This document shows positions 26,156-33,373 of a stretch of DNA of 57,683 nt, piece by piece. The position numbers and the translations under genes are program-made. Under the pieces are notes generated by a model, which did no database searches, had not been told where the DNA came from, and was given only the letters and a program-made list of their open reading frames with translations. Source of the DNA: Candidatus Aenigmatarchaeota archaeon. Lineage in GTDB: Archaea > Aenigmatarchaeota > Aenigmatarchaeia > QMZP01. Within the stretch, counting starts at the first letter, position 1. The number at the start of each line of letters is the position of its first letter. Where the stretch lies: positions 1 through 57,683 of the forward strand of contig WAQT01000059.1 of NCBI GenBank assembly GCA_015520105.1, read 5' to 3'.

Positions 26156-26255
26156 CAACTGACTTCGCCTTCCGACTTGCAATGCACATTTTCTTTGCGC
26201 ATGCGAGCGTGAGCGCATGGTTTCAGTGAGTTATGCGTTCCGTGCTATATAAGCT

Positions 26256-26927
26256 TTACTTCTTCCTCCTTCCGGAACGCCTCGGTGATATCGAGCCGAC
26301 CTTTCTTCCGGGCGGCGCGTTCCTGGAGACGCTCTTGTGTTTTCCAAGACCGCTGTACCCAGCTCCGAACGGGTGGTCGACAGCGTTCATCGCGACTCCG
26401 GACGTTCTTGGATAGAGCTTTCCTCTCCTGTGCATAGCTATCCATTTCTTTCCTGCCTTGAGCATCGGTTTCTCCTTCCTTCCCTCCCCCGCAGGCACGC
26501 CAACCGTAACCCTGCAATCTGGATGAAGCTTCTTGGTTTTCTTTGACGGAAGCTGGATTATGCACTCCTTCTCGCTTCTTGCGACAACTATCGCGGCGGA
26601 GCCCGAGGTTCTGCACAGTTTCGGACCGGAATTCGGATATGTTTCTATCGAAAAGACTTTTGTTCCTTCGGGGACCTGCGAAACAGGCATTACGTAACTC
26701 TTAAGGTTCTCTCCCACCTTCATGCCCTCCGGGGCTATTATATATCCTTTGTTCCCATCAGCGTACTCCACCACAGCAAGGGGAGCGTTCATGAGAGGAT
26801 AGCTTATTATATCAACGACCTTCCCGCCGACCGGCCTGTAGGCTACCAACGGCTTGAACTTCCTCTCCGGCACCCTGTACGTGAGGGTGCCTCTTCCCCT
26901 TCTCTGCTGTATTATTCTTTTTCCCAT
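26256..26927 (-). CDS. rpl2: Ribosomal protein uL2
   Basis: MGKRIIQQRRGRG..., GVAMNAVDHPFGAG. Start moved to MGKR; the track's upstream extension runs into the repeat. Confidence 0.9.
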   Translation of the reverse strand: MGKRIIQQRRGRGTLTYRVPERKFKPLVAYRPVGGKVVDIISYPLMNAPLAVVEYADGNKGYIIAPEGMKVGENLKSYVMPVSQVPEGTKVFSIETYPNSGPKLCRTSGSAAIVVARSEKECIIQLPSKKTKKLHPDCRVTVGVPAGEGRKEKPMLKAGKKWIAMHRRGKLYPRTSGVAMNAVDHPFGAGYSGLGKHKSVSRNAPPGRKVGSISPRRSGRRKK

Positions 26928-26928
26928 C

Positions 26929-27029
26929 CTTTCGCCTTGTGACTTGAACCTACGACCTTGCAACTACCACACTACGCAACATGCTGCGACTGCCTGTTCA
27001 TCCTGTGTTAGCAGTCCAGCTTTCCTGTG
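26929..27029. repeat. Repeat copy B (101 nt, identical to copy C), ending 1 nt from the uL2 start codon
   Basis: Character-by-character identity with 27080..27180. Internal hairpin GCTG-c-GACTGC / GCAGTC-CAGC (26983..27020) with a 17-nt loop. Confidence 0.95.
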
Positions 27030-27042
27030 TGACAGTGACGGA

Positions 27043-27072
27043 GACGTGACGTGCAATCGGTTCGGTCACGTC
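27043..27072. repeat. Hairpin module H3 (stem GACGTGAC/GTCACGTC, 14-nt loop GTGCAATCGGTTCG)
   Basis: Lies in the 50-nt spacer between copies B and C. Same flanks as H1 and H2. Confidence 0.9.
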
Positions 27073-27079
27073 CAGTTTT

Positions 27080-27180
27080 CTTTCGCCTTGTGACTTGAAC
27101 CTACGACCTTGCAACTACCACACTACGCAACATGCTGCGACTGCCTGTTCATCCTGTGTTAGCAGTCCAGCTTTCCTGTG
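27080..27180. repeat. Repeat copy C (101 nt, identical to copy B)
   Basis: Period 151 nt relative to copy B. Begins 4 nt after the stop of the 27185..27373 ORF in minus-strand orientation. Confidence 0.95.
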
Positions 27181-27184
27181 CGAG

Positions 27185-27373
27185 TTATCTTATCTCTTCC
27201 ACTATTCTGACCTTTGCCATGTATTCGTCCAGAGCGGTTATCTGGAACCAGTACAGCGTTCCATCGTCCGCCCTGACGAGATAGTGCTCCCCAACCACGG
27301 GATTGTGGAATTTCTCCTTTCTTATGTAGAGGTTTCCCACTGGTTGTATCGGATAGGGATTATGAGCGTCCAT
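27185..27373 (-). CDS. Unrecognised 62-aa ORF inserted between uL23 and uL2
   Basis: MDAHNPYPIQPVGNLYIRKEKFHNPVVGEHYLVRADDGTLYWFQITALDEYMAKVRIVEEIR. The context TGAGGCTGATATG places a GAGG SD 6 nt before the ATG, overlapping the uL23 stop. The track start 27394 would overlap uL23. Confidence 0.45.
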   Translation of the reverse strand: MDAHNPYPIQPVGNLYIRKEKFHNPVVGEHYLVRADDGTLYWFQITALDEYMAKVRIVEEIR

Positions 27374-27380
27374 ATCAGCC

Positions 27381-27662
27381 TCACAGCATTCCAAGCCTTG
27401 AAGCGATGTCAGCTGCAGAGTAGTCGGGATGCAGCCTGACGTACGCCTTCTTCTCGCCCTTTCTCGTTATCTCAAGATTCACCTTGCTGACCCTGACATC
27501 GAATATTCCTTCAACCTCTCTCTTCACATCCTTCTTTGTAGCATTTCTTCTGACTATGAACACCAGCTTGTTCTCCATTTCTACAAGGTTCATGGATTTC
27601 TCTGCAAGATGGGGATGCATCAGGAATTTCCACTGCGCCGACTGGGTATTCTTCTCTGCCAT
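27381..27662 (-). CDS. rpl23: Ribosomal protein uL23
   Basis: KLVFIVRRNATKKDVKREVEGIFDVRVSKVN is typical of L23. Confidence 0.9.
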   Translation of the reverse strand: MAEKNTQSAQWKFLMHPHLAEKSMNLVEMENKLVFIVRRNATKKDVKREVEGIFDVRVSKVNLEITRKGEKKAYVRLHPDYSAADIASRLGML

Positions 27663-27663
27663 A

Positions 27664-28497
27664 TCACTCGCCTGCCTTCTTCTTTGCAGGAGCGTTCGCT
27701 TCCTTTTCTGAAAGTCTGGCCAGCTGACTCACCGCGGACTCTGTAATTATGCAAAGCCTGCCCGCCATGCTTCCCGGGGCCAGAGCTTCCACAGAGAGCG
27801 TTCCTGCCTCTGCCACGTCCACGCCCGGTATGTTTCTCGCTGCTCTTGATATTCCTTTGTCCTCTGCAACTATTATGAGAGGACCCTTCTTCTTCCTGTA
27901 TCTCCTTCCCCTTGAGGTTCCCTTTCCCGGCCTCACCTTCTTCTCCTTGGCCCTGCTTATCTCCTCGGAAAGGCCGACCTTCTCGAGAAATTCCATAACA
28001 TCCTTTGTCTTCCTGAGTTCCTGAAGCCTGTCCTCAACTATTAATGGAACATGCTTGAGCGAGTCTATCCTGTGGCCCCTTGACGCCACAATCTCCTTTA
28101 CAGCGGATGCGGAGACAGCGGAGAGAATGGCCGCTATCCTTTCCTTCTTGTTGAGCTTCCTCTCCCATGATTTCTCAGGCTTCGGCGGATGGGCCTTTCT
28201 TCCTTTCACCGCCTGCGGGACCACCCTCGCTGTCATGTGAAGATAACCTGAACCGTGAATCCTTTTCATTCTTGCCATCTCGCGGTTCATCATGCTGTGC
28301 CTTATTCCTCTCCTTCCGTGATAATGAGCGGAGGAGCGCATTCCGGCAAGCGCATCTGTCCCGTACGGTTGCCTTCTTGCTGCCTGTTCTGCAACAACCG
28401 CCCTCCACACGAGGTCTTCCCTCACGGGATGAGAAAAAACAGCTGAGCTAATGCTTCCTTTGACTTCTCCTTTCAGGCTATAGACCGGTATTTTCAT
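27664..28497 (-). CDS. rpl4: Ribosomal protein uL4
   Basis: YGTDALAGMRSSAHYHGRRG and PGKGTSRGRRYRKKKGPLIIV. GGAGG lies 6 nt upstream of the ATG. Confidence 0.9.
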   Translation of the reverse strand: MKIPVYSLKGEVKGSISSAVFSHPVREDLVWRAVVAEQAARRQPYGTDALAGMRSSAHYHGRRGIRHSMMNREMARMKRIHGSGYLHMTARVVPQAVKGRKAHPPKPEKSWERKLNKKERIAAILSAVSASAVKEIVASRGHRIDSLKHVPLIVEDRLQELRKTKDVMEFLEKVGLSEEISRAKEKKVRPGKGTSRGRRYRKKKGPLIIVAEDKGISRAARNIPGVDVAEAGTLSVEALAPGSMAGRLCIITESAVSQLARLSEKEANAPAKKKAGE

Positions 28498-28570
28498 ATC
28501 AGCCCTCCAATGATTGCGATTCCGAATCGACGCCCTTAACTCGGCGTTAGGTATGGAATAGATATGTTAA

Positions 28571-28587
28571 CTATATATATTTAAAGG
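28571..28587 (-). promoter_or_regulatory. TATA box of the uL4 operon (CCTTTAAATATATATAG on the minus strand)
   Basis: About 75-90 nt upstream of the uL4 ATG. The leader contains a small hairpin ACGCC-GAGTTAA-GGCGT. No uL3 gene lies upstream. Confidence 0.45.
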
Positions 28588-28613
28588 TATTTCACTCTTC
28601 GCTCATGGCATGT

Positions 28614-29594
28614 TCACTTAAGCCATAGCACATCGACATCATCTGTCCTCTCGTTCGGGTATATATCAGGTTTCACTGTTCTATTGCCTGAGGAGTATGA
28701 GAGAATTCCTGTCCATGCAATCATCGCGCCGTTGTCTCCTGAGAACTCCTTCGGAACGGAATGGAATCTCGCTCCCCTCTCCCTGCACATCGTTTCAAGC
28801 ATTTCCCTGAGCCGGGAATTGGCAGCCACGCCTCCCGTGACTATGACCTCGTCCTTTCCTGTATGCGAAAGGGCTCTCTCTGTCACCTCGGTCAGCATCG
28901 CAAAAAGCGTCTCCTGGAGGGAGAAGCACACATCCTCAAGTTTCTCTCCTGATTTGAGTTTTCTGAGCGCCTCTGTAACTATGCCTGAGAAGGAGAGGTC
29001 CATTCCCTTCACCGTGTAGGGAAGTTCTATGTATTTTCTCGACTCCCGAGCGAGCCTCTCTATCTCCGGGCCAGCCGGAAAGCCAATGCCAGCGCTTCTC
29101 CCGAACTTGTCGAGGGCGTTGCCTATGCCTATGTCCATTGTCTCGCCGAACGTCCTGTAGCGGCCTTCCGAGAAGGACAGGACCTGCGTGTTTCCTCCGG
29201 AGACGTAGAGCACAACCGGGTCCCTTGCTTTTGTGAAGAGTTTTGCTATCTCTATATGCGCTATGCAGTGGTTCACTCCAACAACAGGTATTCCATTCTC
29301 TTTCGAGAACCGGAGAGCGGCGTCCAGGCCTTTTCTCAGGCAGGGAGGAAGTCCCGGACCATGCGAATATGCGACGAGGGATATGTCTTTGGAAGACAGG
29401 CCAGCCTTCAGGAGGCCGGACTCCACGATTTGGGAGGAGACCCTTTCATGATGCGCGGCAGCGTCTGCAGGCTTTATTCCCCAGCCCTTCGGCGGGACAT
29501 ACGTATCCGAAACATTGGAAAGAACCTTTCCGTCAGAGGACACGATGCCTGCGCCGAACGTGTGCGCAGTGCTCTCTATTCCAAGGCATATCAT
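28614..29594 (-). CDS. kae1: tRNA N6-adenosine threonylcarbamoyltransferase Kae1
   Basis: MICLGIESTAHTFGAGIV, VNHCIAHIE, VTGGVAANSRLREM, FSGDNGAMIA. Start set at MICLGIEST. The 168 upstream codons of the track ORF run into the start of the opposite-strand antiporter gene (29670..31358). Confidence 0.9.
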   Translation of the reverse strand: MICLGIESTAHTFGAGIVSSDGKVLSNVSDTYVPPKGWGIKPADAAAHHERVSSQIVESGLLKAGLSSKDISLVAYSHGPGLPPCLRKGLDAALRFSKENGIPVVGVNHCIAHIEIAKLFTKARDPVVLYVSGGNTQVLSFSEGRYRTFGETMDIGIGNALDKFGRSAGIGFPAGPEIERLARESRKYIELPYTVKGMDLSFSGIVTEALRKLKSGEKLEDVCFSLQETLFAMLTEVTERALSHTGKDEVIVTGGVAANSRLREMLETMCRERGARFHSVPKEFSGDNGAMIAWTGILSYSSGNRTVKPDIYPNERTDDVDVLWLK

Positions 29595-29669
29595 GCAATC
29601 ACTTCCTTCCTTTTGACAAGTTTCCAATTTATTTAACCCGGCGCGCGCATAAATATATAAACAGATAGA

Positions 29670-31358
29670 ATGACGAACGCTCTTCTTGTTGACATAGGGA
29701 TTATAATAGTATTTGCCACTCTCCTTGCTTATGCTGCAAGGTATCTCAGGCAACCGCTTCTCGTGGCCTACATCGCAACAGGCATTATTCTGGGAAACAT
29801 CACCGGATTCATTGGAAACCTCTCTGAGATAAGCATGCTCGCTGATTTCGGAATAGCGCTTCTTTTGTTCACGATAGGGCTCGAGATAGACGTGCAGAAG
29901 CTCAAGAGCGTTGGGAGGGCATCGTTTATAGGCGGTGTCGTGCAGATAGCAGCCACCTTCTCGCTTGGTTATATAATCTCCCTGGTTCTTGGCCTTGACG
30001 GAGTGACAGGACTCTATATAGGCGCTCTGGTTGCATTCAGCAGCACCATGATAGTGGCAAAGCTCCTCGTGGACAGGAACGAGATAAACACCCTTCACGG
30101 AAGGATAATGATAGGAGTCCTCCTCCTGCAGGACCTTCTTGTGATAATGATGATTCCCGTGCTGAAGAGCATAGACGGCGCCTTTGCTTTCGACGTCTTC
30201 ACGGACTCCATGATAAACGGACTCGGTCTCTTTGCCATCGCAATTGTGCTGAACAGGTTTGTGTTCAGGCCTGTGCTTGACAGGGTGTCCCGTTCCAGCG
30301 AGCTTCTCTTCCTCACCACAGTGTCAGTCGCCTTCGCGTTCATCTCCGTGTCAGCCATATTGAACTTCCCGATAGCGATAGGGGCGTTCTTTGGAGGAAT
30401 AGCGCTTGCGCGGAGCCCCTATAACATAGAGATATACAACAAGATGAGGAGCCTCAGGGACTTCTTCCTCGTGATATTCTTCTCCACGCTCGGGCTTCAG
30501 CTCGATTTCTCCGCTCTTGGAGGAATGTTAAACGAGTTTGTTGTCATTCTTCTCCTTGTGGTTATTGTGAAACCGGTCATCCTCTCGCTTATATACCTGA
30601 TCATGGGTTATGGGGGGAGAACGTCCTCTATAATAGGGCTCGGGATGGGTCAGGCGAGTGAGTTTTCATTCATACTCGCTTCGCTCGGTCTGGCTTTCGG
30701 CCACATCTCGAACGGCGTGTTCTCCCTTATCATAAGCGTGATGATAGTCTCAGCGATACTAACTCCCTACTTCATGAAGTTCAGGAAGCGGATATATGCT
30801 TTTTTTGCCGGGAGGCGTCTTCCGGGAAAGAGATTTTTTGGAAGCCCGAGATACGTGGAAAGGATACAGAGGAAACCCGGCGACGGCTTGAGCAACCATG
30901 TGGTGGTGTTCGGATGCGATGTGATGGGACGGAGGCTTGTGAACTATCTGAAAGGGCTGGGCGTAAAGTTCATAGTGGTGGAGCACAATCCTGAGGTGAT
31001 AAAGGAGCTTGCCGGAGAGGATGTATACGCTCTTTATGGAGATGCGGACAATGAGGAGATTCTGAGGGAGGCAGGAGTGTACAGGGCAAAGATAGCTATA
31101 GTGACTATACCTGATACAGATGTTTCAGGTTTCATCACAGCAAAGGCCAAGAGGCACAATCCCGGAATAAAGGTTTACGCCAGAGCGCATTCAGAGGAGG
31201 ATGCAAGGCTTCTCTACTCCACTGGCGCAGACTTTGTGGTTGTTCCGGACTTCGTGAGCGGCGGAACGATAATAAGGAAGCTCGAAAGCGTGTTCGGGAA
31301 CAGGAGGGCAAGGAACCATTTCAGGCATCTTGATATAAGAAAAAAGAATCATGGATGA
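29670..31358 (+). CDS. Kef-type monovalent cation:proton antiporter (CPA2) with a C-terminal RCK/TrkA-N domain
   Basis: About 12 TM helices (LLVAYIATGIILG...), then a Rossmann segment VVVFGCDVMGRRL...VVEHN. Confidence 0.85.
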   Translation: MTNALLVDIGIIIVFATLLAYAARYLRQPLLVAYIATGIILGNITGFIGNLSEISMLADFGIALLLFTIGLEIDVQKLKSVGRASFIGGVVQIAATFSLGYIISLVLGLDGVTGLYIGALVAFSSTMIVAKLLVDRNEINTLHGRIMIGVLLLQDLLVIMMIPVLKSIDGAFAFDVFTDSMINGLGLFAIAIVLNRFVFRPVLDRVSRSSELLFLTTVSVAFAFISVSAILNFPIAIGAFFGGIALARSPYNIEIYNKMRSLRDFFLVIFFSTLGLQLDFSALGGMLNEFVVILLLVVIVKPVILSLIYLIMGYGGRTSSIIGLGMGQASEFSFILASLGLAFGHISNGVFSLIISVMIVSAILTPYFMKFRKRIYAFFAGRRLPGKRFFGSPRYVERIQRKPGDGLSNHVVVFGCDVMGRRLVNYLKGLGVKFIVVEHNPEVIKELAGEDVYALYGDADNEEILREAGVYRAKIAIVTIPDTDVSGFITAKAKRHNPGIKVYARAHSEEDARLLYSTGADFVVVPDFVSGGTIIRKLESVFGNRRARNHFRHLDIRKKNHG

Positions 31359-32021
31359 TTATATTTTCTTTATTTTTCCCGGAACCGGCTCATAGCATAT
31401 ACCTTCCTCAAGAAGCTCTGTAACAGCGGCGTCAATGGAGTTTTCATCAGCGCTGATGCTGTTCATTATGGCCGAGAATTCAACTCCGTCAGGATTTGAT
31501 TCTATTATTTTCAGAATCTCCCTTTTCAGCTCGCCTCTGTCTGCAGAGCTCTTCATGACATCACCGTCTGGTTTTTCAACATCCTGCGGGACGCTGCCAA
31601 AGGCCCTAAGATATTTCGCTATCTCCAGCCTTCTCAGAATCTCGAAGTTGGGGTCGCGAATTATAGCAGCTGTCTCAGGCATTATGTATATCTCTCCGTT
31701 ATATTCCCTGAGCTTTCCTGTGACATCCACTATATCTCCTGCATTCACGTTTTCCAGAGGGAAGAGCGACTTGAATGTTTTTGCCCTTATTGTTCCTGTG
31801 AAATCATCAAGAGTGATGCTCGCAAATCCTGAATCTTCAGCAACAAATTTTCCGACAACTGTTCCAAGAACCCTTACGCGGGAGAGCTTGTCCCCATATG
31901 CTGTAGCAACAAAACTCGGCTCGAAACCCTCTCTTTTTATCCATTCTCCCTGGAGAATATCCTTTATCCTTACCTTTTTTGCGGTCATCCTTTCCATTGG
32001 CATAGAGAATATTTGCATCAA
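31359..32021 (-). CDS. OB-fold DNA-binding protein with a C-terminal winged helix (RPA32/Stn1-like architecture)
   Basis: OB segment VRVLGTVVGKFVAEDSGFASITLDDFTGTIRAKTF...VDVTGKLREYNGEIYI. C-terminal ILKIIESNPDGVEFSAIMNS...LLEEGICYE. Confidence 0.5.
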   Translation of the reverse strand: MMQIFSMPMERMTAKKVRIKDILQGEWIKREGFEPSFVATAYGDKLSRVRVLGTVVGKFVAEDSGFASITLDDFTGTIRAKTFKSLFPLENVNAGDIVDVTGKLREYNGEIYIMPETAAIIRDPNFEILRRLEIAKYLRAFGSVPQDVEKPDGDVMKSSADRGELKREILKIIESNPDGVEFSAIMNSISADENSIDAAVTELLEEGICYEPVPGKIKKI

Positions 32022-32247
32022 TCATTTATAAGCGCTGGTGCGCATCCAGAGACAGCGGAAATCCGCATTTTATGTTTCAAACGATGACATTATTCCCGAA
32101 GGCGGAACAGGAAGTGTAGTGGATGTTTCTGTGGCAGGCAATCGCGCATTAAATCACTATATTGGAATATAGAAATGTTTAAAAGAAGACTGTTACAAGA
32201 ATGCTACAAAGTCTTTTCTACCGGACGTGCGGAAGGTGCTATAACTA

Positions 32248-32388
32248 ATGACATGCCACGACTGCAATCGGAAAAAGATATTGAGGGTGTGCGAGACTCA
32301 CAACCCCAAGGGAGCAAGAATCTGTAAGGACTGCTGCATAGACAAGATGCGCGGTCACGGATGTAAATGGTTCGATGTGTGCTGGTAA
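32248..32388 (+). CDS. Candidate 46-aa Cys-rich microprotein (below the track cutoff)
   Basis: Hand translation: MTCHDCNRKKILRVCETHNPKGARICKDCCIDKMRGHGCKWFDVCW (8 Cys, 3 His; CxxC...CxxC ribbon spacing). AGGTG lies 10 nt upstream. Preferred over the antisense 89-aa track ORF 32204..32473. Confidence 0.4.
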   Translation: MTCHDCNRKKILRVCETHNPKGARICKDCCIDKMRGHGCKWFDVCW

Positions 32389-32519
32389 TAGATAACCCTT
32401 CTCTATTATAACAACGAGTAGATATGTAAATTCGGTTCTCGCTGCCTCCTGATATCACAAAAATCGCTACCATTCCGCGGTTTCAGGGAATTGAGTTCTG
32501 AGAACAGATGGTGTTTCGA

Positions 32520-32528
32520 TTTATATAT
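32520..32528 (+). promoter_or_regulatory. TATA box (TTTATATAT) for the E1-like gene
   Basis: Ends 19 nt upstream of ATG 32548, suggesting a leaderless transcript. The TTG track start at 32491 precedes the TATA. Confidence 0.45.
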
Positions 32529-32547
32529 CATCAGCAACATTATTGTT

Positions 32548-33264
32548 ATGGACTATGAGAGGTATTCAAGGCAGATAGGCGTTCTGGGAGAGGAAGGCCA
32601 GGCAGCGCTTGAGAGAGCAAAAGTCGTGGTGGTGGGTGCCGGAGGGCTTGGGAACACAGTGGCTTCCCTGCTCGCAAGAATGAATGTCTCGAGGATAAGG
32701 ATAATAGATTCCGACCTTGTGGAGGTCTCAAACCTCCCGAGATGCATGATTTTTGACGAAAGCGATGTGGGACGCTCAAAAGCGGAGATTCTGAAGAACA
32801 CGATAGCAAAGATAAACTCGAGCATCAAGGTCGGAATGATAGACGAGGACCTTAACGAGTCCAGCCTTCACCTTCTTGACGGCTTTGACATCATAATGGA
32901 CTGCACGGACAACATGAACGCAAGGCATCTCATAAACAGGTACAGCATCGCAAACCGGGTTCCATGGGTTTACGGCTCTGTCTCAAGAGACGTGGGGTTT
33001 GTCGGAACGTTCAGCGGAAGGAGTCCGTGCTTCGCGTGCGCGTTCCCCGAAGAAAAGAATCCTCCTGAGGACATGATTCCGCAGAAAGGCCTTCATTCCG
33101 CAATACCAAACATAATAGGAAGCATTCAGGTTTCAGAGGCCGTGAGAGTGCTGACAGGAAACCCCTCTTTCGGAAAGCTTGTTCACTTCTCCCTCAACGG
33201 GCCTTCGCTCTCTGTATCTGTGATAAGAAAGAATCCGCGCTGCGGAGTGTGCAAGGGAGAATGA
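32548..33264 (+). CDS. ThiF/MoeB/HesA-family E1-like adenylyltransferase
   Basis: YSRQIGVLGEEGQ, VVVVGAGGLGN, DLVEVSNLPR, and zinc Cys pairs CFAC and CGVC. Confidence 0.8.
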   Translation: MDYERYSRQIGVLGEEGQAALERAKVVVVGAGGLGNTVASLLARMNVSRIRIIDSDLVEVSNLPRCMIFDESDVGRSKAEILKNTIAKINSSIKVGMIDEDLNESSLHLLDGFDIIMDCTDNMNARHLINRYSIANRVPWVYGSVSRDVGFVGTFSGRSPCFACAFPEEKNPPEDMIPQKGLHSAIPNIIGSIQVSEAVRVLTGNPSFGKLVHFSLNGPSLSVSVIRKNPRCGVCKGE

Positions 33265-33373
33265 TTGCGGCGCAGGATAGAAATATATTGATTCTGACCA
33301 AGGGTTAGAAAAGAGCACGGTCTGAAGAAGCAGTGGAAGATTGCAGACTGGACAAGAGAAATAAGTTGCAGGG

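Noticed and set aside
26940-26985. tRNA-like fragment within the repeat (minus strand GGTCGTAGGTTCAAGTC resembles a T-arm; GTAGTGTGGTAG resembles a D-loop)
   Set aside because: The putative T-stem does not close (GTAGG versus CACAA). No acceptor or anticodon stem can be drawn. The resemblance may be coincidental, or a decayed tRNA-derived origin that I cannot prove.
26929-27180. Possible CRISPR array
   Set aside because: There are only two long (101-nt) repeats. The 50-nt spacer is itself a conserved hairpin module found twice more. No cas genes are present apart from a stand-alone Cas4-like nuclease 23 kb away.
25927-27439. Plus-strand track ORFs over the repeats (25927..26115, 26854..27093, 27095..27439), giving the repeated peptide NLRPCNYHTTQHAATACSSCVSSPAFLC
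   Set aside because: The repetition is simply the DNA repeat. The ORFs run antisense into uS19, uL2 and uL23, and lack start signals.
29595-30098. 168-codon N-terminal extension of the Kae1 ORF
   Set aside because: The conserved Kae1 N-terminus MICLGIEST starts at 29594. The extension is Cys/His/Tyr-rich nonsense and overlaps the start of the opposite-strand antiporter gene.
32204-32473. 89-aa minus-strand ORF
   Set aside because: The sequence is not protein-like and has no start signals. The opposite strand holds a compact Cys-rich ORF with an SD, which I prefer, though with low confidence.
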